Of a stretch of 64,000 nt of DNA, positions 54,924-63,647 are shown piece after piece. The position numbers and the translations under genes are program-made. Numbering within the stretch: position 1 is the first letter of the stretch; each line of letters opens with the position of its first letter. The stretch comes from Nitrospirota bacterium (GTDB lineage: Bacteria; Nitrospirota; Nitrospiria; Nitrospirales; Nitrospiraceae): assembly GCA_034440335.1 (NCBI GenBank), contig JAWXBV010000194.1, forward strand, positions 4,980-68,979, in the 5' to 3' direction. Below the pieces are notes generated by a model. That model saw only the letters and a program-made list of their open reading frames with translations. It searched no databases and was not told the origin of the DNA.

Positions 54924-55364
54924 ATGAGTAGCCCGATTGATTCCGAGTCCGCAATCTTTCCACCCGAGTCCCCAGTCGCTGCTTCCATTGCCCCCCATGA
55001 CATGGTGGGTGAAGGGAAGGCATGGGGACTCTGTACCGCCCTCGATCTTCAAGATTGCAACCCCGACCTGATCCGCAATGCCGACCATATCCGTCGCTAT
55101 GTTGTTGAGTTGTGCGAGCTCATCGGCATGAAGCGTTTTGGCGAGTGCCAGGTCGTCGATTTCGGCTCAGGCCGCGTCGCCGGCTATTCCATGGTGCAGC
55201 TGATCTCAACCTCGTTGATCAGCGGCCATTTTGCCAATGACACGAACAACGCGTACCTCGATGTGTTCAGCTGCAAGGGCTATGACCCTGCAGTGGTCGA
55301 GACGTTTTCCAAAGATTTCTTCGGCGCACGTCGCAGTGCGACGACGGTCACGCTCCGATACTAG
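54924..55364 (+). CDS. S-adenosylmethionine decarboxylase-family (SpeH-like, pyruvoyl) protein, divergent
   Basis: ...GYSMVQLISTSLISGHFANDTNNAYLDVFSCKGYDP aligns to the bacterial AdoMetDC pattern ..vvISESHltiHTWPE.gyaaiDvFtCG. Confidence 0.7.
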   Translation: MSSPIDSESAIFPPESPVAASIAPHDMVGEGKAWGLCTALDLQDCNPDLIRNADHIRRYVVELCELIGMKRFGECQVVDFGSGRVAGYSMVQLISTSLISGHFANDTNNAYLDVFSCKGYDPAVVETFSKDFFGARRSATTVTLRY

Positions 55365-55428
55365 GAGAAGACCGGGAGCCACGGCACCGCGGCTCCCGGT
55401 CTCGGTCCAGAACCTCTCCTTCACACGA

Positions 55429-55764
55429 ATGATGAGTCCCCCCACCGTCAAAGAGTTTTTTCAGCTACTTCCAGGTCGGCTCGATTCAGATGCCGCCGAA
55501 GATCTCGATGCGGTCTACCAGTTCGATCTGAGTGGCGCACAGGGCGGCCAGTACATTCTCATCATCCGGACGGGAACCTGTCAGATTACCGAAGGGACGC
55601 ATGAGGCTCCTCACGTGGTGCTCTCGATGGCAGGAGAGGATTGCGTCAAGATTCTGAGAGGCCAGTTGAGTGGGACTGCCGTCGCCATGTCGGGTCGGCT
55701 CAAGATCAGTGGGGACATCGGTTTGGCGATGCAACTGAAGGCGCTCTTTCCCACAGTCGGGTAA
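55429..55764 (+). CDS. SCP2 sterol-carrier-like domain protein
   Basis: ...AVYQFDLSGAQGGQYILII...LSGTAVAMSGRLKISGDIGLAMQLKALF. Confidence 0.75.
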   Translation: MMSPPTVKEFFQLLPGRLDSDAAEDLDAVYQFDLSGAQGGQYILIIRTGTCQITEGTHEAPHVVLSMAGEDCVKILRGQLSGTAVAMSGRLKISGDIGLAMQLKALFPTVG

Positions 55765-55791
55765 CCAGCCAGCCGCTCTAACCAGGCTTTC

Positions 55792-55919
55792 GCAGGATGC
55801 TCAAAAAGGCCGATCAGCAAGGCCGCAGCCGATGAAAGCACCGGAGGCGTAGCCTCTGGGCTACGTTGAGGATGCTTTCGAGGTGAGAACGCCGCTGGCG
55901 GGCTTTTTCAGCATCCTGC
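55792..55919. repeat. Repeat family B copy, a long hairpin between convergent genes
   Basis: Outer stem gcaggatgctcaaaaag / ctttttcagcatcctgc. Central stem cgtagcc-tctg-ggctacg. Confidence 0.6.
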
Positions 55920-58900
55920 TATCGACCAGCCGGTTCTACCGGAATCCAGTCGGCCTCCTGTGCCGCCTTGTCCGCATGACGAGGGAACCGTTCCTCCAAC
56001 ATCACATAGATCGTAGGGACAAGAAAGAGTGTGAGAATGGTCGAAAAGCTGAGTCCTCCGACGACCGTGCGTGCCAACGGGGCGTTGGTTTCGCCGCCGG
56101 TACCCCACCCGATGGCCATGGGGAGCAGTCCAAGGACGGTGGCGAGAGACGTCATCAGAATAGGACGGAGCCGCGTCCTCGCTGCAGTGATCGCCGCGTC
56201 GTGCAACGCTCGCCCTCGCCGACGGAGCACGTTTGTATAATCCACCAGCAGAACGCCGTTTGAGACTACGATGCCCAGCATCATGATGATGCCCATCATC
56301 GACGTGGTGGAGAGGGTGGTATCGGTCAGAAAGAGGATCAGAATCACGCCAGGGAAGCCCATCGGGACCGAAAACATGATGATGAAGGGGTCGATCAGCG
56401 ATTTGAACTGCGCCGCCATCACCATGTAGACGAGAACCAGCGCCAGAACCGTCGCAAACAGTAGCCCTTCAAATGTTTCTCGCTGTTGTTGAATCTGACC
56501 GGCCAACTTGATGCTGAACCCGGTGGGGAGCTGGATCTTGGCAATGGCGGCCTCCAGGTCGGCGGCGACGGCGCCGAGGTCCCGGTCTACCGGGTTGGCG
56601 GTCACATGGACGACCCGCTGAAAGTACTTGCGGTCGATCTTGACTGGGCCGGCATTCAGCTTGAGCGAGGCGACGTTCTTGAGGAGGACCGGATCTCCGG
56701 CTCGTCCGGTCAACACGATGTTCTCGATGTCGGTGAAATCCTTTCGGTGTTCTTCCGCGAGCCAGGCGCTGATGTAGTATTCATTCCCGTTTTGAGGGTC
56801 GGTGTAGATGATGGGGTCGGTTGGCCCGTTGCCGTTGAGTGAGAAGAGCACGGCGTTGGCAACCTCCGTTTCACTGATACCGAGGAGCGCGGCCTTTTCA
56901 CGATCCACCACCACGTTGACCTCAGGATAGTTCTCCTCGCGACTGACTTCGATATCGGCTAGGCCCGGTATGTGGTGCATCAGGCTTTCAACCTGCCGGA
57001 TCACCCCACGTGCCTGCTCGAAATCATAGCCGTAGATTTCCACGTCGACAGACCTCTGCGACCCAAAGCTCGTGACTCGTTTGATCAGCCCGCCCGGATC
57101 GAAAAACATCGCGACGCCCGGAAAGAGCGCGAGAACTTTGGGCCTGACGTCGTTCATGATTTGTACTTGGTTGCGTGTTCGTTTCTCCGGCGTAACGAGA
57201 TGGACGGAAATACTCGACGTATGGGGACCGGTATTTGGGTTGAACAGGGAGGAACGGCCTTGGGCTAACACCCCGGTACTGGAGACGATCGTTTCCAATT
57301 CCTCGGCAGGGATCTGTGCCCGCAGTACCCGTTCGACCTCGGCGACTTGCTGCTCGGTTTTTTCCACTCGCTGACCGACCGGTCCGCGCAGGACGATACG
57401 GAACTGGCTTTCATCTGACACCGGTAAAAACTCCGTGCCGATTTTGGGGACCAGAGCAAGGGACGCGGCGAAGAGGAGCAGGATGCCGGCAATGAAACGC
57501 CAGCGATGGGACAAGACCCAGCGGAGCGATGCCTCGTAGCCCTTGTCCAACGACTCGTACTGTTCGCGGCTCCAGTCCATCACGCGCACAAACCAGGCCG
57601 GCATCGAACGATGAGACTCCCGCTCCGGCTTGAGAAATTTGTAGCAGAGCGCCGGGGTGACCGTGCGGGAAACAAAGAAGGAGGTGAACAGCGATATCGC
57701 GATCGTAATGGTCAGGGGAATCAGAAGCAAACGGGCAATTCCGGCGACAAAGTAAATCGGAAGGAAGACGACGACCGTGGTGATCGTCGAGGCGAGAATG
57801 GGCATCGCCACCTCGCGGGCCGCTTCCAGGATCGCCTCCCAGCGGCGGGGCGTGGTGTTGAGATGGCGTTGAATATTCTCAAGCTCCACGATGGAATCGT
57901 CGACAAGCCGACCAATCCCGAGGGCGAGACCTCCCAGGGTGAACACATTCAGGGTTTGCCCGGAGAAGTACAGCACGATGAAGGTCACCATGATCGAGAG
58001 TGGAATGGCGACTGAAATGATCAGTGTGCTCGTCACGCTACGGAGAAAAATCAAGATGACCGCTGCGGCCAGCAGCGATCCGTGCAGCGCCTGTTCGACG
58101 AGGTTGGCGATCGACTGGCGAATATAGACCGATTGATCGAAGGAAATGCCGACCTTCACGTTGGGCGGAATGCCGACCAACTTCGGCAGGGCCTTGCGGA
58201 GCGCATCCACCACCGCCACGGTGTTGGCGATGGGCTGCTTATTGACGCGTAAGTACACAGCCCTGGTCCCGTCTGTCCTGACAATATTGGTCTGGATATC
58301 CGACGAGTCGGTCACGGTGCCGACATCCCGTACGCGCACGGGGCTGCCTTGTGGATTGACCTTTACGATCACGTCCTGAATCGGATCGACCGAGCGGAAC
58401 TGATTATTAGTGAAGACGTTGTAGTCGAGATTGCCGGCCTTGATGTTGCCGGAGGGAAGGATAAGGTTGGCGGCCTTGACCGATTTGACCACGTCGAGGA
58501 TCGAGAGGCTCCGGGCATTCAACAGTGCCGGGTCGAGGTTGATGTTGATCTGGCGTATTTTTCCACCTTCCACAGTGGCGGCGGCGACATTCGCGATCTG
58601 TTCAATCTGCGGCGCGATGGTATTCGAGGCCAGGTCGTACAGCGCCCGTTCGTCGAGATCGTCGCTGGTGACCGTCACGAGAGACACAGGGATATTGGAC
58701 ACATCGAACTTCACGATGAAGGGTTGCAGAATCCCTGGTGGGAGGCTATTGAGGATTTGCGTGACGCGTTGCATCACCTCCATCTGACCGACGTCAAGGT
58801 TCGCCCCCCAGTTGAACCAGATCTGTACCCCGCCGATGCCCTGCTTAGCGAACGACTCGACATGATCGACGTTCGACGCAGAACTCACGGCTTTCTCGAT

Positions 58901-59098
58901 GGGATAGATGACACTCTGTTCGATGTCGAGCGGCGGCGCGCCTTTATAGATGACCCCGACGAATGCGACGGGCACTTGAATCTGTGGAAAGAGGTCAACC
59001 GGCAACCGCTGCACGGACGTGGCGCCCAGGATCACCATGGCTAAGGACAACATCAGGATGCCGATGCCGTTGCGAAGTGCGAGGAGGGTTAGCCACAT
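55919..59098 (-). CDS. RND efflux transporter permease (AcrB/HAE family)
   Basis: 1059 aa, 12 TM segments with two large periplasmic loops, typical N-terminus LALRNGIGILMLSLAMVILG. Confidence 0.95.
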   Translation of the reverse strand: MWLTLLALRNGIGILMLSLAMVILGATSVQRLPVDLFPQIQVPVAFVGVIYKGAPPLDIEQSVIYPIEKAVSSASNVDHVESFAKQGIGGVQIWFNWGANLDVGQMEVMQRVTQILNSLPPGILQPFIVKFDVSNIPVSLVTVTSDDLDERALYDLASNTIAPQIEQIANVAAATVEGGKIRQININLDPALLNARSLSILDVVKSVKAANLILPSGNIKAGNLDYNVFTNNQFRSVDPIQDVIVKVNPQGSPVRVRDVGTVTDSSDIQTNIVRTDGTRAVYLRVNKQPIANTVAVVDALRKALPKLVGIPPNVKVGISFDQSVYIRQSIANLVEQALHGSLLAAAVILIFLRSVTSTLIISVAIPLSIMVTFIVLYFSGQTLNVFTLGGLALGIGRLVDDSIVELENIQRHLNTTPRRWEAILEAAREVAMPILASTITTVVVFLPIYFVAGIARLLLIPLTITIAISLFTSFFVSRTVTPALCYKFLKPERESHRSMPAWFVRVMDWSREQYESLDKGYEASLRWVLSHRWRFIAGILLLFAASLALVPKIGTEFLPVSDESQFRIVLRGPVGQRVEKTEQQVAEVERVLRAQIPAEELETIVSSTGVLAQGRSSLFNPNTGPHTSSISVHLVTPEKRTRNQVQIMNDVRPKVLALFPGVAMFFDPGGLIKRVTSFGSQRSVDVEIYGYDFEQARGVIRQVESLMHHIPGLADIEVSREENYPEVNVVVDREKAALLGISETEVANAVLFSLNGNGPTDPIIYTDPQNGNEYYISAWLAEEHRKDFTDIENIVLTGRAGDPVLLKNVASLKLNAGPVKIDRKYFQRVVHVTANPVDRDLGAVAADLEAAIAKIQLPTGFSIKLAGQIQQQRETFEGLLFATVLALVLVYMVMAAQFKSLIDPFIIMFSVPMGFPGVILILFLTDTTLSTTSMMGIIMMLGIVVSNGVLLVDYTNVLRRRGRALHDAAITAARTRLRPILMTSLATVLGLLPMAIGWGTGGETNAPLARTVVGGLSFSTILTLFLVPTIYVMLEERFPRHADKAAQEADWIPVEPAGR

Positions 59099-59102
59099 GA
59101 TG

Positions 59103-59242
59103 AAGACGTGAGACGTGAAAAGTAAGACGTAAAACGTGAAACGTGAGACGTGAAAAGTAAGACGTGAGGGAACGACTTGGAATATAGAGGGCCGAAGGAT
59201 AATGTTGGATTGCGTTTCACCTTTTACGTCTCACCTTTCACG
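59103..59242. repeat. Word-built hairpin (GACGTGA[A/G]A words) between the MFP and RND genes
   Basis: cgtgaaaagtaagacgtaaaacgtgaaacg (59114-59143) pairs 27/30 with cgtttcaccttttacgtctcacctttcacg (59213-59242). The left arm is partly duplicated. Confidence 0.6.
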
Positions 59243-60411
59243 GCATTCATCGCCTGTGTCTGCACTGGCGCACCGTCGTGCACGAGGTCTTTCCCGGAGA
59301 CGATCACCTGCTCCGACCCGTCCAAACCCTTGGTGATTTCCACTCGGTTTTCGTCGCGAGCTCCGATTTCCACCGGCACCCGCTGGGCCTTGCCTTCGCG
59401 CACGATGTAGACATATTGGGTATCTTCCAGCCGGCTCACTGCGTCGATAGGGATCTGAATCGCCTGTCGATGGGTGCCGACCAAGACCTCGACACGGGCG
59501 AACATGCCGCCTTTCAAGACATGATCCTTGTTGGGGAGATCCACCTCGATCGTCATCGTGCGGGTGGCTCGGTTCAGCGCCTGGACAACACGGGTGACCC
59601 TGCCTCCGAAGACGCGATCGGGATAGGCTTCGGCACGAACCTCTGCCTTTTGCCCCACCTGAATGAGTGGAACGTCTCTCTCCACGATCTCGATCAGAAT
59701 GCGGACCGTCTGAATCTCATGGAGCGTGAGAATCCCGCGCGAGATGGTGGAGGTGCCGCCGGTGGCGCCGCTGACATAGGAACCGAGATCGAGGTTACGC
59801 TCGGCCACATAGCCCGCGAAGGGCGCACGGATAAACGAGTAGGTCAGGTTCGTCTCGGCCTGCGCCACCGCGACCTCCATTTGCTGGACCTGTGCGCGGA
59901 GCGAGTCAAGCGCCGCTGCTGCAGCGTCGTACGAAATCTGGGCATTGTCCAGATCTTGCTGCGAGACAAACTGGTCTTTGATCAGCAGCTGCATCCGATT
60001 GAGCGTGAGGGTGGCATTGCGGACGCCGGCATCCTGCTGTGCCACTCTTGCTCTGGCCGCAGCCAGATTTGCCTTCGCCTGGTTGACGGCATGCAGATAG
60101 TCCGAATGATCGATCTCGACTAGGAGTTGGTTGGCTTTGACCAAATCGCCTTTCTCGACATAGACCTTGGCAATGTAGCCGTCAACCCGTGAGAACAGAT
60201 TGACCGATTGATTGGGGGTAATATCGGCGGTATAGGTCAGTCGAATGTCCAGGTCCTGTTTGAGCGGCGCCACGGTGGCAACGGTGATGACGCGAGATTT
60301 GAGCGCGTCGGTCTTGGCGCCGCTGCTGAGGCGAAACACGACGAGGGCCGTGACGGCAAAGAACATAATCACCCCGAGTGTGACAATCGGATGTTGTTTC
60401 AAGGGATTCAT
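59224..60411 (-). CDS. RND efflux membrane fusion protein (HlyD/AcrA family)
   Basis: 395 aa, N-terminal TM, coiled-coil hairpin and beta-barrel pattern. 4-nt overlap with the TetR stop. Confidence 0.9.
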   Translation of the reverse strand: MNPLKQHPIVTLGVIMFFAVTALVVFRLSSGAKTDALKSRVITVATVAPLKQDLDIRLTYTADITPNQSVNLFSRVDGYIAKVYVEKGDLVKANQLLVEIDHSDYLHAVNQAKANLAAARARVAQQDAGVRNATLTLNRMQLLIKDQFVSQQDLDNAQISYDAAAAALDSLRAQVQQMEVAVAQAETNLTYSFIRAPFAGYVAERNLDLGSYVSGATGGTSTISRGILTLHEIQTVRILIEIVERDVPLIQVGQKAEVRAEAYPDRVFGGRVTRVVQALNRATRTMTIEVDLPNKDHVLKGGMFARVEVLVGTHRQAIQIPIDAVSRLEDTQYVYIVREGKAQRVPVEIGARDENRVEITKGLDGSEQVIVSGKDLVHDGAPVQTQAMNAVKGET

Positions 60412-61073
60412 CGCGCAGGCCTCCTTGGGGGCTTGCGAACGTCCGGCAGCTTGATCAATCCGGTGAGGAAGAGATCGACATAGGTTGCCACCGTATCCTC
60501 ATGGGATTGATGGATCGGGACTCCGAAGATCTCATGGAGCAGACGGTGATGGACCACCATGCCGATGAACGCGCGAGCTGCCAAAATGGGATCGACCGGG
60601 CGAAACGCGCCGTCTTCAATCCTTGTGCGAATGTACGCGGCGAGGTGATCGTAGAACACCTTGTGGTGTTTGCCAAAGAACAGCTCGGATAGTTCGTGCC
60701 CTTCCAACGCGCTGAACAACAGGAGCCGCAGAAACGTCGAATCGACGTCGGGGCGAATGCGATAGCTCGCAATCATCGTAAATACGCGGTGGTCATCGTG
60801 TTTTTGGACCGCCGCCTCCACCGCTTCGAGCAGTTCATTGACACTCACTTTTTCTGCCAAGATTGCGGCGTAGAGCGACCGTTTCGTCGGAAAGTATTTG
60901 AAGACCAACGCCTCGCTTACGCCTGCCGCTTTGGCGATTTCTTTTGTGGTGGTGCCGTTGAACCCTTTTGCAGCGAAGAGCGACGCTGCGGCCGCGATGA
61001 GGCTGACCTGACGATCGTGCGCAGACGCCCGCTGCCCGTTCCCGTTCGTGCGCTGTGTGGTTCGTTTCTTCAT
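60408..61073 (-). CDS. TetR/AcrR family transcriptional regulator
   Basis: HTH FNGTTTKEIAKAAGVSEALVFKYFPTK. ATG at 61073 preferred. Confidence 0.85.
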   Translation of the reverse strand: MKKRTTQRTNGNGQRASAHDRQVSLIAAAASLFAAKGFNGTTTKEIAKAAGVSEALVFKYFPTKRSLYAAILAEKVSVNELLEAVEAAVQKHDDHRVFTMIASYRIRPDVDSTFLRLLLFSALEGHELSELFFGKHHKVFYDHLAAYIRTRIEDGAFRPVDPILAARAFIGMVVHHRLLHEIFGVPIHQSHEDTVATYVDLFLTGLIKLPDVRKPPRRPAR

Positions 61074-61721
61074 GGTAAGTAAGTGCTTACTCACCAAAAT
61101 CCTAGCACGCAACGCTTCTATGGGGCAAGCATGGGATGGAACGGCACGAGCGATGTCTCAGGTAGGGTGGTCCGCTTCGGACCGGCATCACCAGATTCAG
61201 TGCTTGCGCAATGGCACCCGCACACAGACTGTTTCCCTTTCAGTCCCGGCCACGTCCTCTGAAAGGACTGAGGACAGATATCGATCGCGACCATCCCTGC
61301 AACTGCTGAATCCTCGCCTCGCGCTGCTCCTGAGCCTAATACTTCTCAAGGGGCTACCCCGTTACGGTCGCTGTGCCTTACAACACATCGAGCTGTGAGC
61401 CGTGCGTGAAGGTAAGCTGATCGCTCTTGCCCGAGCAGTGTCCGTCACCAGGCAACAACCCCTTCAATCAAGCCATGGGTCACATGCCTCAAGCCTGTTC
61501 GGTAAGCGAGGCGCGCTCGGTTGGCTCAGCGCAGGCGATGAATATGGCTCGCTCATGGCGAGGGGCAAGAAGCCAAGGGCTGATAGGTCTCATGAGTGTC
61601 CCGCTCGACTGAGCTTGTCGTAGGATCCGTTACAACGCGGAGGAGTTCTTCGAACACGAAAAACGAGAGTGCTGAAGATAATCACACGCTTCAGTGAGAC
61701 CAGGCGTTGCCTGCGGCGTAA

Positions 61722-62155
61722 CGGTTCATCATTCTGGCGGCCCTCAACAACGACACGGTGCTGGATAACGCACTCCGCAGCACGCTGCGGGGTATTCGGC
61801 AAAGGAGAATAAAGAAACCAGTTTGATCTGAAAGAAGTTCTCGCAGTCGACCGCGATATCCTTCTCAACAAATGTCCGCTTAACCTGTGCCAACAAAGTA
61901 GCCGGAGATCGAACAGGTTGGCGTCTGCCCTCTCATCCAGAGCTGGCCAGTCTGCTGAACCCTTCCGTAGCCGCTCCGAACCCGACTCTTCTGCCGGGCC
62001 CTCCGTTCCTGACTGTCCAGTCGGCCATCTATTGGTCGGCATCAACACATACGGATAATCCTACACTCATGTAGGTCGTGGGCTTTAATCATGGCGCCGC
62101 GCTCAGCCTCAGTATGTCCTTCGACCATCGCTCCTGATGTGTTTGTGGGGCATGA
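61722..62155 (+). pseudogene. Decayed DUF1566 (Lcl C-terminal domain) gene
   Basis: RFIILAALNNDTVLDNA... (61722-61826), a frameshift, then ...GWRLPSHPELASLLNP...FLTVQSAIYWSAST...TLM-TAG-VVGFNHGAALSL...-TGA-CVCGA. No start codon and two in-frame stops. Confidence 0.6.
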
Positions 62156-62329
62156 ATGCGGATGAGGATTGAGGCTGTGATGCTGGGAATGATGTAATGA
62201 TTGGGGGCCAGGGGTAAGCTTCGGGCTCCTACCCTCCCCAGCCCACTCGCTGGAGTTCATTGTAGGCCACTGACAGAGAGGGGCCAGATGGAGGGAGCCA
62301 TGGTCCGCTCCGAGAGTTACTCCTAGCTT

Positions 62330-62789
62330 CTAGGGTAAGGACTGAAGACCTGGCCATCGTGGATTTGAATGGTCAACAAGTGCAAACAAGGGAGGGCCAC
62401 CTTTGAGGGTGGAGCGGCTTATATGCTTCCAGATAAAAAGGCGTGGCTGGGTCCGCATCTGTGCTTTGACATGAAAAAATTCGATTCCGTATTCGATTTC
62501 CGCCGCCCTGACTACCTGAACGTTCAGGATAAGAGCCGGATCGGATGTCTCGGGAATTGTCAGGTGGAGATCCCAGGCAATTCCCATGGGCAAGACCAAT
62601 GTACTGCAGATTTTTCACCCTCTCTCGGACAGATCAAGGACCACTCCATCGCCAACATGCTGTAAGCTATTTATCGTCGCAATCCGCACCATGATCTGAG
62701 CAGGGGTCCGTTGAGCCTCTCTGCGGTCAATGGCCTGAACTGGAGGCTGGATTGTCAAATTGTGTGGTTGCCCATCGTCGTTCAGTCAT
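62330..62789 (-). pseudogene. Fourth tandem PilZ paralog, disrupted by a frameshift plus an in-frame TGA
   Basis: AAGGAGG-N5-ATG at 62789 gives MTERRWATTQFDNPASSSGH-stop. RxxxR (REAQR) and DLSERG lie in the next frame. TGA at 62615-62617 is followed in frame by ...LVLPMGIAWDLHLTIPE...VVRAAEIEYGIEFFHV. Confidence 0.5.
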
Positions 62790-62809
62790 TGGGTCCTCCT
62801 TGCAGTAGC

Positions 62810-63196
62810 CTATTCGGAATGTACGAGATTCGAGCGTGAGAAGTATCGGAGTCGGTTGTGTTCCCGTAGATTCATCTTGAGAAGCTCGACTCCAAACCGA
62901 CGTCCTGAGGTCCAAGCTACCCTTGCTTCCGTCACGAACAGTGGGTCTTTCCCGTCGGGGAGGTAGAGGAAAATTGTAAGTGCTATCCCTGGCGTGACGG
63001 AGGCGTTGCCCAGAATGCCCAATCCCATAGGCGAGAGATCCGTGACCATGCCATCGCCCATGAGGATTTCGCCGGAAGGGTTTTCCGCTGAGTACAATAA
63101 TCCGAACTCTACTGAGGGTCGGGGGCCTTGTCTTTCATCACCTATTTTCGTTGCAGACTGAAGCCAGCTTCCAGATGCAATCTGTTCTGATTTCAT
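62810..63196 (-). CDS. Single-domain PilZ protein
   Basis: RQGPR and DLSPMG motifs; GGAGG upstream of the ATG. Confidence 0.75.
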   Translation of the reverse strand: MKSEQIASGSWLQSATKIGDERQGPRPSVEFGLLYSAENPSGEILMGDGMVTDLSPMGLGILGNASVTPGIALTIFLYLPDGKDPLFVTEARVAWTSGRRFGVELLKMNLREHNRLRYFSRSNLVHSE

Positions 63197-63262
63197 ACAT
63201 AACCTCCTTGTTCCTGCTAGGTCTCAGGTGCCACCGTCAGGGTCTGAGGGAGCGACATGAGT

Positions 63263-63619
63263 TCACAAGAAAAAACGCAGATAGTTCTTTTCCTCCAGCG
63301 TCAGGGTTTCCATCTTGATCCCAAATCGACTTCCTTTAACCCAGGAGATCTTGCCTCGGGTAATGCAGAATGGCTCCTCCTTACCAGGAAGGTCGATGAA
63401 GAGGGTCACTTCCATGCCGGGTGTGACCGATTGATTCCCACGAATGCCGATCCCGCTGGAAGAGAGATCTGTGACGACGCCGTCATCGATGAGCATCTGG
63501 CCTGAATCCATGCACGAATAGAGCAATGAGCAGAGCGTCGGGGTACGGCTGCCATGTCGACGATTGGATTGACTGGAGCCGGCTACTGTGGTGACGGGAG
63601 TGGCGGTCTCAGAATCCAT
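63263..63619 (-). CDS. Single-domain PilZ protein
   Basis: RHGSR and DLSSSG motifs; GGGAGGG upstream of the ATG. Confidence 0.75.
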   Translation of the reverse strand: MDSETATPVTTVAGSSQSNRRHGSRTPTLCSLLYSCMDSGQMLIDDGVVTDLSSSGIGIRGNQSVTPGMEVTLFIDLPGKEEPFCITRGKISWVKGSRFGIKMETLTLEEKNYLRFFL

Positions 63620-63647
63620 GATTCCCTCCCTAGCATTAGATGGATGG

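Noticed and set aside
59099-59245. Short direct repeats (gacgtgagacgtgaaaagtaagacgt twice; also cgcttcacg four times at 51091-51138) that might be a mini-CRISPR array
   Set aside because: The repeats are 7-26 nt, are contiguous or irregularly spaced with no unique spacers of constant length, and are matched by complementary arms nearby. No cas genes are present. They are hairpin arms, not CRISPR.
61590-62048. A 152-aa minus-strand ORF in the 61-62 kb gap
   Set aside because: It is antisense to the DUF1566 relic, whose ordered motifs on the plus strand explain the region better. It has no SD or motifs of its own.
62615-62617. In-frame TGA in the fourth PilZ paralogue as a possible selenocysteine codon; a paralogue has Cys at the aligned position (NLSKTGC)
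   Set aside because: I could not fold a convincing SECIS-like stem-loop immediately downstream; there is only the short palindrome CCCATGGG. The same gene also has an upstream frameshift separating its SD/ATG from the PilZ frame. A nonsense mutation in a decaying copy is the simpler reading.
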